From an uncultured Phycisphaeraceae bacterium (GTDB taxonomy: Bacteria; Planctomycetota; Phycisphaerae; UBA1845), in NCBI GenBank assembly GCA_964569425.1, contig CAZMVD010000004.1, positions 12,983 through 76,982 on the forward strand: a DNA stretch of 64,000 bases. Direction: 5' to 3'. Of this stretch, positions 42,419-51,790 are shown in pieces; the first letter of the stretch is position 1; every line of letters starts with the position of its first letter. The notes below the pieces were generated by a model, which was not told the origin of the DNA, ran no database searches, and saw only the letters and a list, made by a program, of their open reading frames with translations. The position numbers and the translations under genes were made by a program.

Positions 42419-43822
42419 CTATTGCAGGCGCTTGCCGCTGTACTTGCGGATCGCCTCGGCTACCAGGTAGAACGAACCGGTGATGCACACCAGGTCTTCG
42501 CGGCTAATGGCGCACAGTGCGATCTGCATGGCATCATCAAGGTCGCGTGCCACTTGGGCCATCTTGCCTGACTGCTCCGCAAACTCGGCCGCCAACTCGG
42601 CCGGATCAGCGGAGCGAGGCGAATCCGTCCGCGTAAAGATGATCTTATCCGCCCCAAGCTGGATGCGCCGTACCATGCCGGTAATGTCCTTGTCCCGGCT
42701 GCAACCGAAGATCATGACCATCGAATCGTAGCTGATGTTCTGTCCGATCGCGCGGACCAGCGCGTCGATGCTCGAAGCGTTGTGCGCCGCATCGACCAGG
42801 ATCCGCGGCTGTTCGCAGATCATCTGCATCCGCCCCAGCAGGTTCACATGCGTCAGACCTTCCATGGCCTTCTGGTCGTCGATCGGGAAGCCGCGCGCTT
42901 TGAGCACGTCCAACATTCCCAGCGCCAGGCCGCAATTCACGGCCTGGTGCTCGCCGAGCAGCGGCACGTGCAAGTGCTCAAACCGACTCGTCGGCGTGGT
43001 CAGGCAAATGCGCGCGTGCCGACCGACCGACCGCGAAAACTCAAACCGATAGCTGAAATCCACCTGCTCATCCGAAAACCGCAGGGGAGCCTGTTGTCCG
43101 GTTGCCGACTTCTCCAGCACTTCGCGCACGTTCGCACGTTGCGGAGAGCTGATGATCGGGACACCTTTCTTGAATACGCCCGCCTTTTCCGCGGCAATCT
43201 GCGGCAAGGTGCTCCCAAGCTGCGCCATGTGGTCAAAACTGATGCTGGTGATGCCGATCACTTCCGGGTGCAGCACGTTGGTGGCGTCCAGCCTGCCGCC
43301 TAACCCGGTTTCGACCACGGCGATATCAACCTCCTCCTTGGAGAAATGGTGAAACGCCGCCGCGGTAAGGACTTCAAAATAAGTTGGATCGGGGACTTTG
43401 GCTTTCGTGGTCACGGCGGCCACGGCGGCCACGGCCCGCGCGAAGGCCGGCTCGGAGATCATCTCGCCATTGATGGCGATCCGCTCCCGGATACTCAGCA
43501 GGTGTGGCGACGTATATAGCCCAACCTTCAAGTCGCAAGCGGCCAACATCTGCCCGAGCATGGTCGCTGTACTGCCCTTGCCCTTTGTGCCCGCGATGTG
43601 CGCTGACTTGAAATCTCTTTGCGGATTCCCAAGTGCATGCAGAATGCGCGTTACCCTGGCCAAGCTGAAGTTGTTAGCATTGTGCGACGGTCGGATGAGC
43701 CGCTCATAATTTGTCAGTGAATCTAAATAATTCACTGCTGAGCGGAACGTCTTGATCTGTCGCGACTCTGCCTTCTTCTTGGGGGTACCTTTAGGTTTGC
43801 GAGCGGTTGTGGTCTTGGTCAT
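42419..43822 (-). CDS. folC: Bifunctional folylpolyglutamate synthase / dihydrofolate synthase
   Basis: Mur-ligase-type P-loop IAGTKGKGST is present, with YTSPHLLSIRERI, VETGLGGRLDATNV and a C-terminal Mur ligase domain. Length is 467 aa. Confidence 0.93.
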   Translation of the reverse strand: MTKTTTARKPKGTPKKKAESRQIKTFRSAVNYLDSLTNYERLIRPSHNANNFSLARVTRILHALGNPQRDFKSAHIAGTKGKGSTATMLGQMLAACDLKVGLYTSPHLLSIRERIAINGEMISEPAFARAVAAVAAVTTKAKVPDPTYFEVLTAAAFHHFSKEEVDIAVVETGLGGRLDATNVLHPEVIGITSISFDHMAQLGSTLPQIAAEKAGVFKKGVPIISSPQRANVREVLEKSATGQQAPLRFSDEQVDFSYRFEFSRSVGRHARICLTTPTSRFEHLHVPLLGEHQAVNCGLALGMLDVLKARGFPIDDQKAMEGLTHVNLLGRMQMICEQPRILVDAAHNASSIDALVRAIGQNISYDSMVMIFGCSRDKDITGMVRRIQLGADKIIFTRTDSPRSADPAELAAEFAEQSGKMAQVARDLDDAMQIALCAISREDLVCITGSFYLVAEAIRKYSGKRLQ

Positions 43823-44136
43823 GCGAGCGGATTGTAATCAATCTTCACGAAATCGTCAACGCGTGTTCAGTTCCGATTGCGTGATCATACGTCGAGTGGG
43901 CGCCAGAGGTCGCAACTACATAAGTTATTACAAATCCTATGTTTGTGCCCTACCTCGGTCTCTGGTCGCTTCGGGAGAGTCTCATGAACCCGACCACTAA
44001 ATTGAAGCTTAACTACTGGGGATGTCGAGCTACTTCGTGGCATTACAGCGGTGCAGTGGTCATGGGCCGTTCTCAGGATGAGCACTTGGTTTCCAGGCGT
44101 AGGATTCGCGCAGCAAGTCGGCCCTCGGCTGCTAGA

Positions 44137-45255
44137 ATGATGGCCATGTCTATAAAGGGAATTCTTGAGATCGAAGGCGATCCTCAACTGTTCGTTGGAC
44201 CGGTGGTCGACGATCTTGGGCGGCTATTGGCGGAACGCCCCGATGTGACGAAAAACGGAACCGTCTTGCTGGTCAGTGACCAGACCGTCGGATCGCTTTA
44301 TGGCGATCGGGTAGGGGCATCTGTCATTCGTGCGGGGTTCCGGGTGGCCGGTCATACGCTTCCGGTGGGCGAATCCGCGAAGAGCCTTCCCTGCGCGGGA
44401 GGACTGTACGAGACCCTCCGGTCATTGCGCATCGGTCGGGATGGCTGGATAGTCGCGTTGGGTGGTGGTGTGGTGAGCGACCTGGCCGGTTTTGTCGCCG
44501 CCACCTGGATGCGTGGCATTCGTTGGGCAATCTTGCCCACTTCGATGGAGGCCATGGTCGATGCATCCATCGGTGGAAAGACGGCTTTGAATCTCCCCGG
44601 AGGCAAGAACCTGATTGGTGCGTTTCACCAGCCATCGCTCATTGCCATGGACCCGGACACGTTGAAGACCCTGCCGCCGCGCGACGTGCGCGCGGGCCTG
44701 GCGGAGTCTGTCAAACACGCCCTATTGTGCAATGAGTCGTTTCTCGCCTGGCATGAGGAGAATGCACCTCGAATCATCGGCTTGGAGGAGGAACAGATAC
44801 GAGAGTTGATCTTGCGAAACGTCCGTTTCAAGTCCGAAGTGGTGAAGCAAGACCCGCGCGAGACTACGGGCGCTCGCGTGGTCTTAAACCTGGGACACAC
44901 CGTCGGACACGCTATCGAAGCCAACTGCGGAGGCGCCTGGCGCCACGGCGAGTGTGTCTCACTGGGGCTGGTCGCGGCCTGTCGTCTTTCCGAAGCCATG
45001 GGCCTGATCGACGCAGGGCTAGTGACAAGGGTGATCCAGTTGCTGACCTCATTGGAGCTTCCGGTTCGATTGCCGGGGGCGCTCGATGAAGAGCGGATAC
45101 GGCGGTCGATGCTCGGCGACAAGAAGGTGAAGGGTGGTCGGCTTCGGTTCGTTTTGCTGAAGGGGATCGGTCGGCCGGTGGTCGTTGACGAGGTTCCGGG
45201 TGATTTGGTGCGCGCCGTACTTTCGAGTTTGGCGCCGGAAGCGGGCTTGTCGTAA
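44137..45255 (+). CDS. aroB: 3-dehydroquinate synthase
   Basis: GGGVVSDLAGFVAATWMRGIRWAILPTSMEAMVDASIGGKTALN, NLIGAFHQP and LNLGHTVGHAIE match the AroB nucleotide- and metal-binding motifs. The start is among ATG 44137/44140/44146. The track ORF start (43939) adds ~66 non-homologous residues. Confidence 0.9.
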   Translation: MMAMSIKGILEIEGDPQLFVGPVVDDLGRLLAERPDVTKNGTVLLVSDQTVGSLYGDRVGASVIRAGFRVAGHTLPVGESAKSLPCAGGLYETLRSLRIGRDGWIVALGGGVVSDLAGFVAATWMRGIRWAILPTSMEAMVDASIGGKTALNLPGGKNLIGAFHQPSLIAMDPDTLKTLPPRDVRAGLAESVKHALLCNESFLAWHEENAPRIIGLEEEQIRELILRNVRFKSEVVKQDPRETTGARVVLNLGHTVGHAIEANCGGAWRHGECVSLGLVAACRLSEAMGLIDAGLVTRVIQLLTSLELPVRLPGALDEERIRRSMLGDKKVKGGRLRFVLLKGIGRPVVVDEVPGDLVRAVLSSLAPEAGLS

Positions 45256-45342
45256 AGCGATAAGGCGATAAGATGAAGCGCCCCGGGCAAAGACAGTCCG
45301 CACGACGTGGGCAGACGCCACACGCGTTTTCGGAATCCCGGC

Positions 45343-45416
<74 letters not shown>

Positions 45417-45861
45417 GTGACACGTGGATAGCCGAAAGCGCGGGGCCGTCGCATTCGCGGCGGTGTTGATAGTTACGCGGGTCGCGCTCCATTGCTGCGC
45501 GGCGGTGTTTCATCACCTTACTCTGCTGGATCGCAAGGCCTTCGATTGGGCATTTTCGTCTCGCGCAACAAACCGCTTTATCCGCTCCGCGTAAATATGT
45601 CCGCATCATCGCCGATGCATTGATGATGATCCGGGCGCTCCAGTGAAGCGCGTAGCCGTTCACCACCGACCCGGCCGCCGGACCGCCGTGTTCAAGAGAT
45701 CGAACCGCCTTGTTCGCCCGCACTGATTGCCACCCTGGCGAATGGGGGCGCAAGCATCAGTGCCTCGGCGAGTCACCTGCTTCGGTCGTTCCTGGTTTGC
45801 ACAGCGGTCCCGATCATCCTTGTTGAGATTGCGGACCCGGGCACGGCCTGCGTCGGACAGA

Positions 45862-47139
45862 TTAATCGGAGTCCTCGATGACACGAACCCGGACGCTCAC
45901 CGGCAGGTGATCCGAAGCGCGGGAGCGAAAGGACATCCCGCCGCCGGCGGCCGCCACAAGCTCGGCATGCACGGTGGCCGTGGTCTGGGTGATTTCCTCG
46001 CCGGCCAGGCCGCCGTCTCCCTGAGAGACGATGACGTAGTCGAGCTTGCGGTCGTGCTGCGCGGGAGGGTTGCTGGTCAGGCGCGTGGCCGGGTAGGACG
46101 GATGATCGGCCAGCACGTCCCAACCGGTGGCTTCCAGATTGTCCCAGAACGTCTCCATGTGGCTGTCGAAGCGGTCGGCGTTCAGGTCGCCTGCGAGCAA
46201 GACATCAAACTCGCCCGCCGGAACGCAGCCGTTGGCCGCGCGCGATTCCTCGACCCACGCCACCACGGCGGTCATGGCCTGGTCGTGGTTCTGAGTCAGC
46301 TCGCGCTTCGACGCCAGGTGCAGTGAAATGACGACGAAGTCGTTCATCTCCACGCCGTTATCGAACAGTCGAAAGTAGGCCAACAGCGGCTGTCGGGCGA
46401 ACAGCTTGCTGCCTTCGACCACGGTATTGGGCAGCGCGGCCTCGCAATGCCATACCAGGTGCGCCACCTGCGTATCGTAGAGCACCGCCAGGCGCTGCGC
46501 GCCGCCCGTGGTGCCGATGACGTAGGCGTAGCGGTCAGCGCCGAGCTTGCTCACCAGCCGGTCCAGTTCGTGAGAACGCGCTTCGGCGGAACCGCTGTCC
46601 GACTCGTCGGGCACGTCATGGCCGTTGATCTCCTGAAGCAGCACGATACTCAGGTCGAGCGTGTTGATCGTGTCGGCGATGAATTGGTAGTCGGCGTCCG
46701 TGCGCGGCGGTAGCGCGTTGGCGCCCTGAAATTCCGGAAACCCGCGCTTGGCGCCCTCCTTTAGGTATTCCAGGTTCCAGGTGGCGATTCCAATGGACTC
46801 CAGGGTTGGCGGCGGTGGCGCGGTCGGACAGGCGACGACCGCCGCGGCGTAGCGCGATGAAATCCAGCCGGAATCTTCGCGGGACTGGACGCGTAGCCAG
46901 CGGTCATCGTGCGCCGTTTCCACGACTTGGGCGATGGTGCCGTCGGGAAAACGGCGCCCGGTGAAGCTGTTACGCGACTCGGCGTGAATGGGCACGCCGT
47001 CGACGTGGGTGGCCGACAAGCGGACGCAATCGCCGGGGTGCTGAGCCAGCCCGACGGGCGAAACCAGTAAACAGACGGCGAGCATGACGCCGATATTCGC
47101 CGACCGAGGGGGCACAACGGGAACGAGCTTCGTGCGCAT
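45862..47139 (-). CDS. Secreted endonuclease/exonuclease/phosphatase (EEP)-family protein with N-terminal SH3-like domain, 425 aa
   Basis: ATG at 47139 has an AGGAGG SD. Signal peptide MRTKLVPVVPPRSANIGVMLAVCLLVSPVGLAQ. The SH3b-like part reads RFPDGTIAQVVETAHDDRWLRVQS..GWISSRY. EEP motifs are IGIATWNLEYL, VLLQEI, GDLNAD, SDHLPV. The 155 upstream codons of the track ORF are not supported. Confidence 0.82.
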   Translation of the reverse strand: MRTKLVPVVPPRSANIGVMLAVCLLVSPVGLAQHPGDCVRLSATHVDGVPIHAESRNSFTGRRFPDGTIAQVVETAHDDRWLRVQSREDSGWISSRYAAAVVACPTAPPPPTLESIGIATWNLEYLKEGAKRGFPEFQGANALPPRTDADYQFIADTINTLDLSIVLLQEINGHDVPDESDSGSAEARSHELDRLVSKLGADRYAYVIGTTGGAQRLAVLYDTQVAHLVWHCEAALPNTVVEGSKLFARQPLLAYFRLFDNGVEMNDFVVISLHLASKRELTQNHDQAMTAVVAWVEESRAANGCVPAGEFDVLLAGDLNADRFDSHMETFWDNLEATGWDVLADHPSYPATRLTSNPPAQHDRKLDYVIVSQGDGGLAGEEITQTTATVHAELVAAAGGGMSFRSRASDHLPVSVRVRVIEDSD

Positions 47140-47636
47140 GGGGAAGCCTCCTGAAAACGAGTCACGAGGGGAAGGCCGGCCGACAAAGGCCGGACGATGC
47201 AAGCAATGTGCGTTGGTCGCGCCAGGAGTCAATCCAGCCAGGCACTTTGTCGATCCAAGGGAATGCTGGAGAACGGTTGACGGTCCGCCCGGTCCGGGCG
47301 AGATCGTGGAGTGTTTGGCGCGGGGATGGTTCGTGTGCACGACTTCGATCCCGAAGAGCCTATCGCTTTCCTTGGCGCTGCAGACTGGGGAATGGTCCGT
47401 GATCGGACCGGATGGCGGGAGTGATCGCATCCCGGGATCAAGATCACTGGCCCAATGAATGCCGAGTGTTGCATGCTGTGCGTATCGACTCCACGTACAA
47501 TGGACACCCGGGGTCGTGTAAGCCATTGGGCTTTGGCACAGCACAGCCAATGCGGTAGGATGATCGCCGCGCCGCCGTGCAGCGCCGTTGTCGCGAAAGA
47601 ACAATAGCAGTAGCCGTATCCAAACAGGAGGCGACG

Positions 47637-48245
47637 GTGGTTACGACATCGATGTATCCCAGCATTCTCATGTTTGGTTGTCCGGGATCGGGCAAAGGAA
47701 CTCAGGGCGTGGTGCTGGGGCAAATGCCCAACCTGGTGCACCTGGCCATGGGCGATATTTTCCGCGGGCTGGATCCGCAATCGGACATCGGCAAGGAGTT
47801 TCGCTCCTATTCCACGCAAGGGTTGCTTGTACCTGACGAACTGACGATTCGCGTGTTCCGCCATCACGTGGAGGAGCGCGTGGCTGCCGGCCAGATCGAC
47901 CTGGCCTATCACACGTTGATTCTGGACGGCATCCCGCGGACGGTGGCCCAGGTGGAACTTCTCAAGCCGGTGATCGACGTCAAAGCGGTTCTCTACCTCA
48001 TGATCGACGATCGTGATGCGCTGATCGCGCGGCTGATGGGCCGCGCGAAGAAGTCCAACCGCCCCGACGACGCCGATCGGGGCGTGATTGAGAACCGCAT
48101 TGAGGTGTTTGAACGCGAGACGTTTCCAGTGCTTGACGCTTATCCCAAACGGCTGATCGCACGGATCAATGCCGATCAGCACCCGCTTTCCGTGCTGCGC
48201 GACCTGGCCGATGCGCTGGTTCCCGTGGTTTCCGGAAGTTTGTAA
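47637..48245 (+). CDS. adk: Adenylate kinase-family nucleoside-monophosphate kinase (short-LID type)
   Basis: P-loop reads GCPGSGKGTQG. HLAMGDIFR is the NMP-binding part. LILDGIPRTVAQ and a short LID (GRAKKSNRPDDADRG) without Zn-Cys residues follow. GTG at 47637 has an AGGAGG SD at 5-nt spacing. The alternative start is ATG 47652. Confidence 0.8.
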   Translation: MVTTSMYPSILMFGCPGSGKGTQGVVLGQMPNLVHLAMGDIFRGLDPQSDIGKEFRSYSTQGLLVPDELTIRVFRHHVEERVAAGQIDLAYHTLILDGIPRTVAQVELLKPVIDVKAVLYLMIDDRDALIARLMGRAKKSNRPDDADRGVIENRIEVFERETFPVLDAYPKRLIARINADQHPLSVLRDLADALVPVVSGSL

Positions 48246-48280
48246 CGAACGTTTCGGTGAGACAACCGGTTTTCAGCAGG

Positions 48281-48481
48281 ATGGCCATGGAAGGCACGAA
48301 AATCCGACTGTTCAAGCAGACAACGCCCGATGGGAAGGTGTACCTGACCGGCGCCATGTCCAAGGTGTCGCGCCTTCTCATCGTGGAGAACGACCGCAGA
48401 AAGTCTCCGAACGATCCGGATTTCTACGCCTTCATTGTTCCGAACCGTGGGGCCGGCACACTGCCGCCTGAGCAGCAATGA
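48281..48481 (+). CDS. Small hypothetical protein, 66 aa
   Basis: MAMEGTKIRLFKQTTPDGKVYLTGAMSKVSRLLIVENDRRKSPNDPDFYAFIV. Codon usage is compatible with coding. There is a loose resemblance to the DUF736 pattern (G-x-F-K...G-x-(I/L)...IVPN...(N/D)-A-P-D-(F/Y)), from memory only. The evidence is weak. Confidence 0.35.
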   Translation: MAMEGTKIRLFKQTTPDGKVYLTGAMSKVSRLLIVENDRRKSPNDPDFYAFIVPNRGAGTLPPEQQ

Positions 48482-48512
48482 CGAGATGCGTCACGCCGCA
48501 GGCCGACACCGG

Positions 48513-49562
48513 TCAGGGCGGCGATGCGATCGGAGTTGCCGCCCCCTTGACCCGAACGCCGGGCGGAACGCCGCCCGATCCGCCGCCGACCACTGTTCCA
48601 AGATACATGACCGAGAACAGACCTTCCTCGGTATCCGAAGTCCACCGGCCGTTGCCCTCGAATCGAATGACACGGGTCAGTTCACCAGGGGTCCCGAAGA
48701 CGGCCGGATCCATTGTGGCGCAGTAAGCCATTTGCCCATCGAAAGTCACCGCACAGCTTTCGGCGGTTCCCTGTCCCTGCGCGTTGTTCCGCCCGACCAA
48801 ACCGGTGTCGATGGTCAACGTCGACCCGCTGAGTAAGACGGTGCCCTGCGGCATTTCGTCCAGACATCCGATGAGTTCCGTTCCCTGGACCACCCCGGTC
48901 ACGACTGTTCCGTTCTGTAGCGTGGGGCCGACACCGCCGAACAGTACCGCCGCGCCGATGGCTCCGGGATCGTCGAGAAACGTACCCCCGAAAAAGTGCA
49001 GGCTGGACAAGGTCCATTCGGTGAAATCGTCAAAGCTCACGGGGGCCTCATCGCACACCGCAAAGCGGACAATCTGGGTGCGCTCGGGGGCGCTTTCTTC
49101 ACCGTTGGCGTTGACCGTTCCTTCGGTGTCGTTCAGTTGGCACCTGGCCGGCGGGTCGAGAATACGGCCCGGGGCGCACAACGCCGCGTGGCCGCTCACG
49201 TTGACGCCGCATGGTCCGCCCGATTCCACATCATTGAACATAGCGCTCAGCGTTAACTGGCCATTGACATAGCGGAGCGAGGCAGGTGGGTCCAGGCCCA
49301 GACAGCGGCCATTCGATTCGGGCGTGTGAATGACGATGAACTCGGTTTGTGCGCCATTGCCGGAGGCGATGAAGGTGGGAGAACCGATCATCCAGGGTTC
49401 GTTGGCACGAAAAAAGCCATTGAGATCCCCATCGCCAGTGTCATCAAGCATCGGGTTTTCGTCGTTTTGCCCTGTTCCAAGCACGTGGCGACAGGAGCAG
49501 ACCAGCCCGAGGCTACCAAGCAGGACTAGACTCACCTTGACGTGCCGTGAAATGGGGCGCAT
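48513..49562 (-). CDS. Secreted or lipoprotein-like hypothetical protein, 349 aa
   Basis: ATG at 49562 has a GAGGGG SD. N-terminal signal VKVSLVLLGSLGLVCSC. It is Gly/Thr/Cys-rich and probably a beta-rich extracytoplasmic protein. I recognise no family. Confidence 0.55.
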   Translation of the reverse strand: MRPISRHVKVSLVLLGSLGLVCSCRHVLGTGQNDENPMLDDTGDGDLNGFFRANEPWMIGSPTFIASGNGAQTEFIVIHTPESNGRCLGLDPPASLRYVNGQLTLSAMFNDVESGGPCGVNVSGHAALCAPGRILDPPARCQLNDTEGTVNANGEESAPERTQIVRFAVCDEAPVSFDDFTEWTLSSLHFFGGTFLDDPGAIGAAVLFGGVGPTLQNGTVVTGVVQGTELIGCLDEMPQGTVLLSGSTLTIDTGLVGRNNAQGQGTAESCAVTFDGQMAYCATMDPAVFGTPGELTRVIRFEGNGRWTSDTEEGLFSVMYLGTVVGGGSGGVPPGVRVKGAATPIASPP

Positions 49563-49726
49563 TTCTTCAACCCCTCGATTGGCCGAGCGACATCAGGTCG
49601 GTGTGTCTTCGGCGCAGGCCCATTTCCGATCTTATGCGAGCGCGAAGAATAGAGAGATTACGACACCGCATTCAGGTCACTTCGTGGAAACAGGCGAACG
49701 ACGATTAAAAAGGAGCCCGCGACGCC

Positions 49727-50461
49727 TCAACGCCGGATGGTCGAGACTTCCGTTCGGCTGATGTTGCAGGCAAGTTCCGGCACCATCCAATGCCGCGGCT
49801 CTTTCACGTCACCGACGTGGTTGATTTCCCGTGCGGGAACCCCCACCACCGTAGACAAGGGCGCCACGTCTTGAATGACGACGGCCCCAGCGCCGATGAC
49901 AGCTTCGCACCCGACGCGCAAACTCTGGATGATCGTGGCGCCGATTCCCACGAACGCGCCGGACTCCACGGTGACTCGGCCCGCGATACGCGCGCCGGGG
50001 CAGACGTGGGTCGCGGTGCCGATGTGCGTTTCATGGTCAATGATGCACCCCGTGTTCAGAATCACGGAGTCGCCGATCTGACAGTGGGCACAAACCAGCG
50101 CCCCGGCAGCGATCACAATGTTGGAACCCAGACTCACATTTCGCGCCAGGTTGGCCGAGGGATGGACCGCGTTGATGAGAGTCAGCCCCATCGCGTCCAA
50201 TTGGTCGGCAAAGGCGCGGCGAACGCCGTTGTTGCCGATGGCGACGATGACGCAGCGCGTGTGGTGTTCCTCGCAAATGCGCGGCAGGTCGCCCGGTTGG
50301 CCCAGCACTCGTACGCCGTCGATCCGCCGGCCCGCCACCTTGGGATTGGAATCCACGAAGCCCACCACTTCGTATTGACCTGCGTTAACCAGGATATCGA
50401 GGACCACGCGACCGTGCCCGCCGCACCCGAAGATAACGCATCGTGGTTTCGAGTCAGTCAT
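49727..50461 (-). CDS. NeuD/PglB/VioB-family sugar acetyltransferase (hexapeptide), 244 aa
   Basis: The N-terminal Rossmann-like part is RCVIFGCGGHGRVVLDIL...VVGFVDSNP...VLG...CVIVAIGNN. It is followed by a left-handed beta-helix (IGDSVILNTGCIIDHETHIGTATHVCPGARIAGRVTVESGAFVGIGATI...VGVPARE). ATG at 50461. Confidence 0.85.
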   Translation of the reverse strand: MTDSKPRCVIFGCGGHGRVVLDILVNAGQYEVVGFVDSNPKVAGRRIDGVRVLGQPGDLPRICEEHHTRCVIVAIGNNGVRRAFADQLDAMGLTLINAVHPSANLARNVSLGSNIVIAAGALVCAHCQIGDSVILNTGCIIDHETHIGTATHVCPGARIAGRVTVESGAFVGIGATIIQSLRVGCEAVIGAGAVVIQDVAPLSTVVGVPAREINHVGDVKEPRHWMVPELACNISRTEVSTIRR

Positions 50462-50733
50462 GGGGCGGATCCGACATCTGGACGTAACGCGCGACGACAG
50501 AGGCTGGTCGAGCTTCGTCACAATTCCGGTTTCTCGCACTGCTTTAGGGGAATATCGGCAGCAGCCCCCCCGGTCATCATGGAAAGAGGCCTGCTCAAAG
50601 TGCTGGAAACCGCTGGGGGCAGTAAAATCCATTGCCCGGCCGTGAATAGACTGCGCGGTCTTTGGTTGTCGATGAGTAGGTATGGACCTATGATGCGGAC
50701 GCCGCCGCGACGGGCGGACTCAGTGATAAAGCT

Positions 50734-51516
50734 TTGAATAACATGACGTTATCGTCAACACACCCCGGACCAGGAACTTCCGATAGGGTGCTCCATACGC
50801 CCTTCATCGTTACAGTGACACTTCTAGGCATCGGGGCCGTATTGGCCGGTCCGGTCACGAGCCACATGGATATCAAACAGGTCAAGAAGGAACTGCCGCT
50901 TCGTACGCCCTTGGCCGCGCTTGATTCTGAAGGTCTCCATCCATATCGCGTGGTGGAACGCCAGATTCTGGAACCGACGATGGTCGAAGCGCTGGGTACG
51001 GAACATTACATCAGTTGGCTGCTGGAAGACACGTCGCGCGGCGAGCGCGATCCCATGAGAGTGGCCCACCTGTTCATCACCTATTACTCCGGTGGGCGCG
51101 AGAAAGTGCCGCACACGCCGGACGTTTGCTACCTGGGCTCGGGCTATCGCCCGGCGAGGCCGCATGAGAACATCGAGCGGCGGATTGCGTCGCTGGCGGG
51201 GCGGTTCGACGAGATTCCGCTTCGCGTGCTGACGTTCCAGAAGACGGCGGTGCACGACCATCGCCAGGTGTCGGTAGTCTATACGTTTTTCGTCAACGGC
51301 ACGTTTGCGGTGGACAGCCGCTGGGTGCGCGTGCTGCTCAACAACTTGCGGAACCGTTACGCTTTCTTCAGCAAGGTCGAGGTGAGTTTTCCATTCGCCA
51401 CCCGCGAGGACACGATCGAGGGAGCGACGCAACTTCTGAACCTGCTGTTGCCGGTTTTGATCGAGCGACACTGGCCGGACTTTGAGGAGGCTGAGCGGAA
51501 AGCGAAGGAGACCTGA
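50734..51516 (+). CDS. EpsI-family (exosortase-associated, DUF3485-like) protein
   Basis: It has a single N-terminal TM (FIVTVTLLGIGAVLAGPV). Then the family pattern follows: LGTEHYISWLL...VAHLFITYYSGGREKVPHTPDVCYLGSGY...IPLRVLTFQK...VSVVYTFFVNGTF...RNRYAFFSKVEVSF. The track start is a TTG (50734) and the first ATG is 50743. The assignment is by remembered motif pattern, not a search. Confidence 0.62.
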   Translation: MNNMTLSSTHPGPGTSDRVLHTPFIVTVTLLGIGAVLAGPVTSHMDIKQVKKELPLRTPLAALDSEGLHPYRVVERQILEPTMVEALGTEHYISWLLEDTSRGERDPMRVAHLFITYYSGGREKVPHTPDVCYLGSGYRPARPHENIERRIASLAGRFDEIPLRVLTFQKTAVHDHRQVSVVYTFFVNGTFAVDSRWVRVLLNNLRNRYAFFSKVEVSFPFATREDTIEGATQLLNLLLPVLIERHWPDFEEAERKAKET

Positions 51517-51790
51517 GCCTGGGAACCGGCGCATTGGGGAGCTGCCGGTGCTTCAGGACCGCCGCGTGGGCCCGGCCAGGTCACCGTCACGGATCGTGAA
51601 AGGCAAAGCGCATGGGCGGCTATGCGCACGAGTAGGCCTGCAAATGGGATTGGTGAAAATAGAACTGGTTGGGACAATCGAGTCATCCAAGACCGGTGGA
51701 CAGAGGTGACGAACCAACCCAACCGCATTGCGACCTGCGACCCGTGACCGGGGCACGCCGTGAATAGACAAGTGTTAAGGATGCTTCGCC

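Noticed and set aside
45417-45861. Possible genomic-island integration site next to tRNA-Arg (445-bp CDS-free, lower-GC stretch)
   Set aside because: There is no integrase or recombinase. I could find no direct repeat of the tRNA 3' end downstream; the only shared string is an 8-nt GCGCGGCG. The flanking genes are ordinary.
47140-47604. 155-codon N-terminal extension of the EEP-family ORF (track start 47604)
   Set aside because: The internal ATG at 47139 has a perfect AGGAGG SD and is followed directly by a signal peptide. The extension has no protein-like features.
50639-51769. Identical 13-mer GCCGTGAATAGAC upstream of both the EpsI-like gene (50639-50651) and the TPR giant (51757-51769)
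   Set aside because: A rough expectation for chance 13-mer repeats in 64 kb is tens of pairs, so identity alone is not significant. The distances to the two start codons also differ (about 90 nt versus 21 nt). It is worth a look only if TSS data exist.
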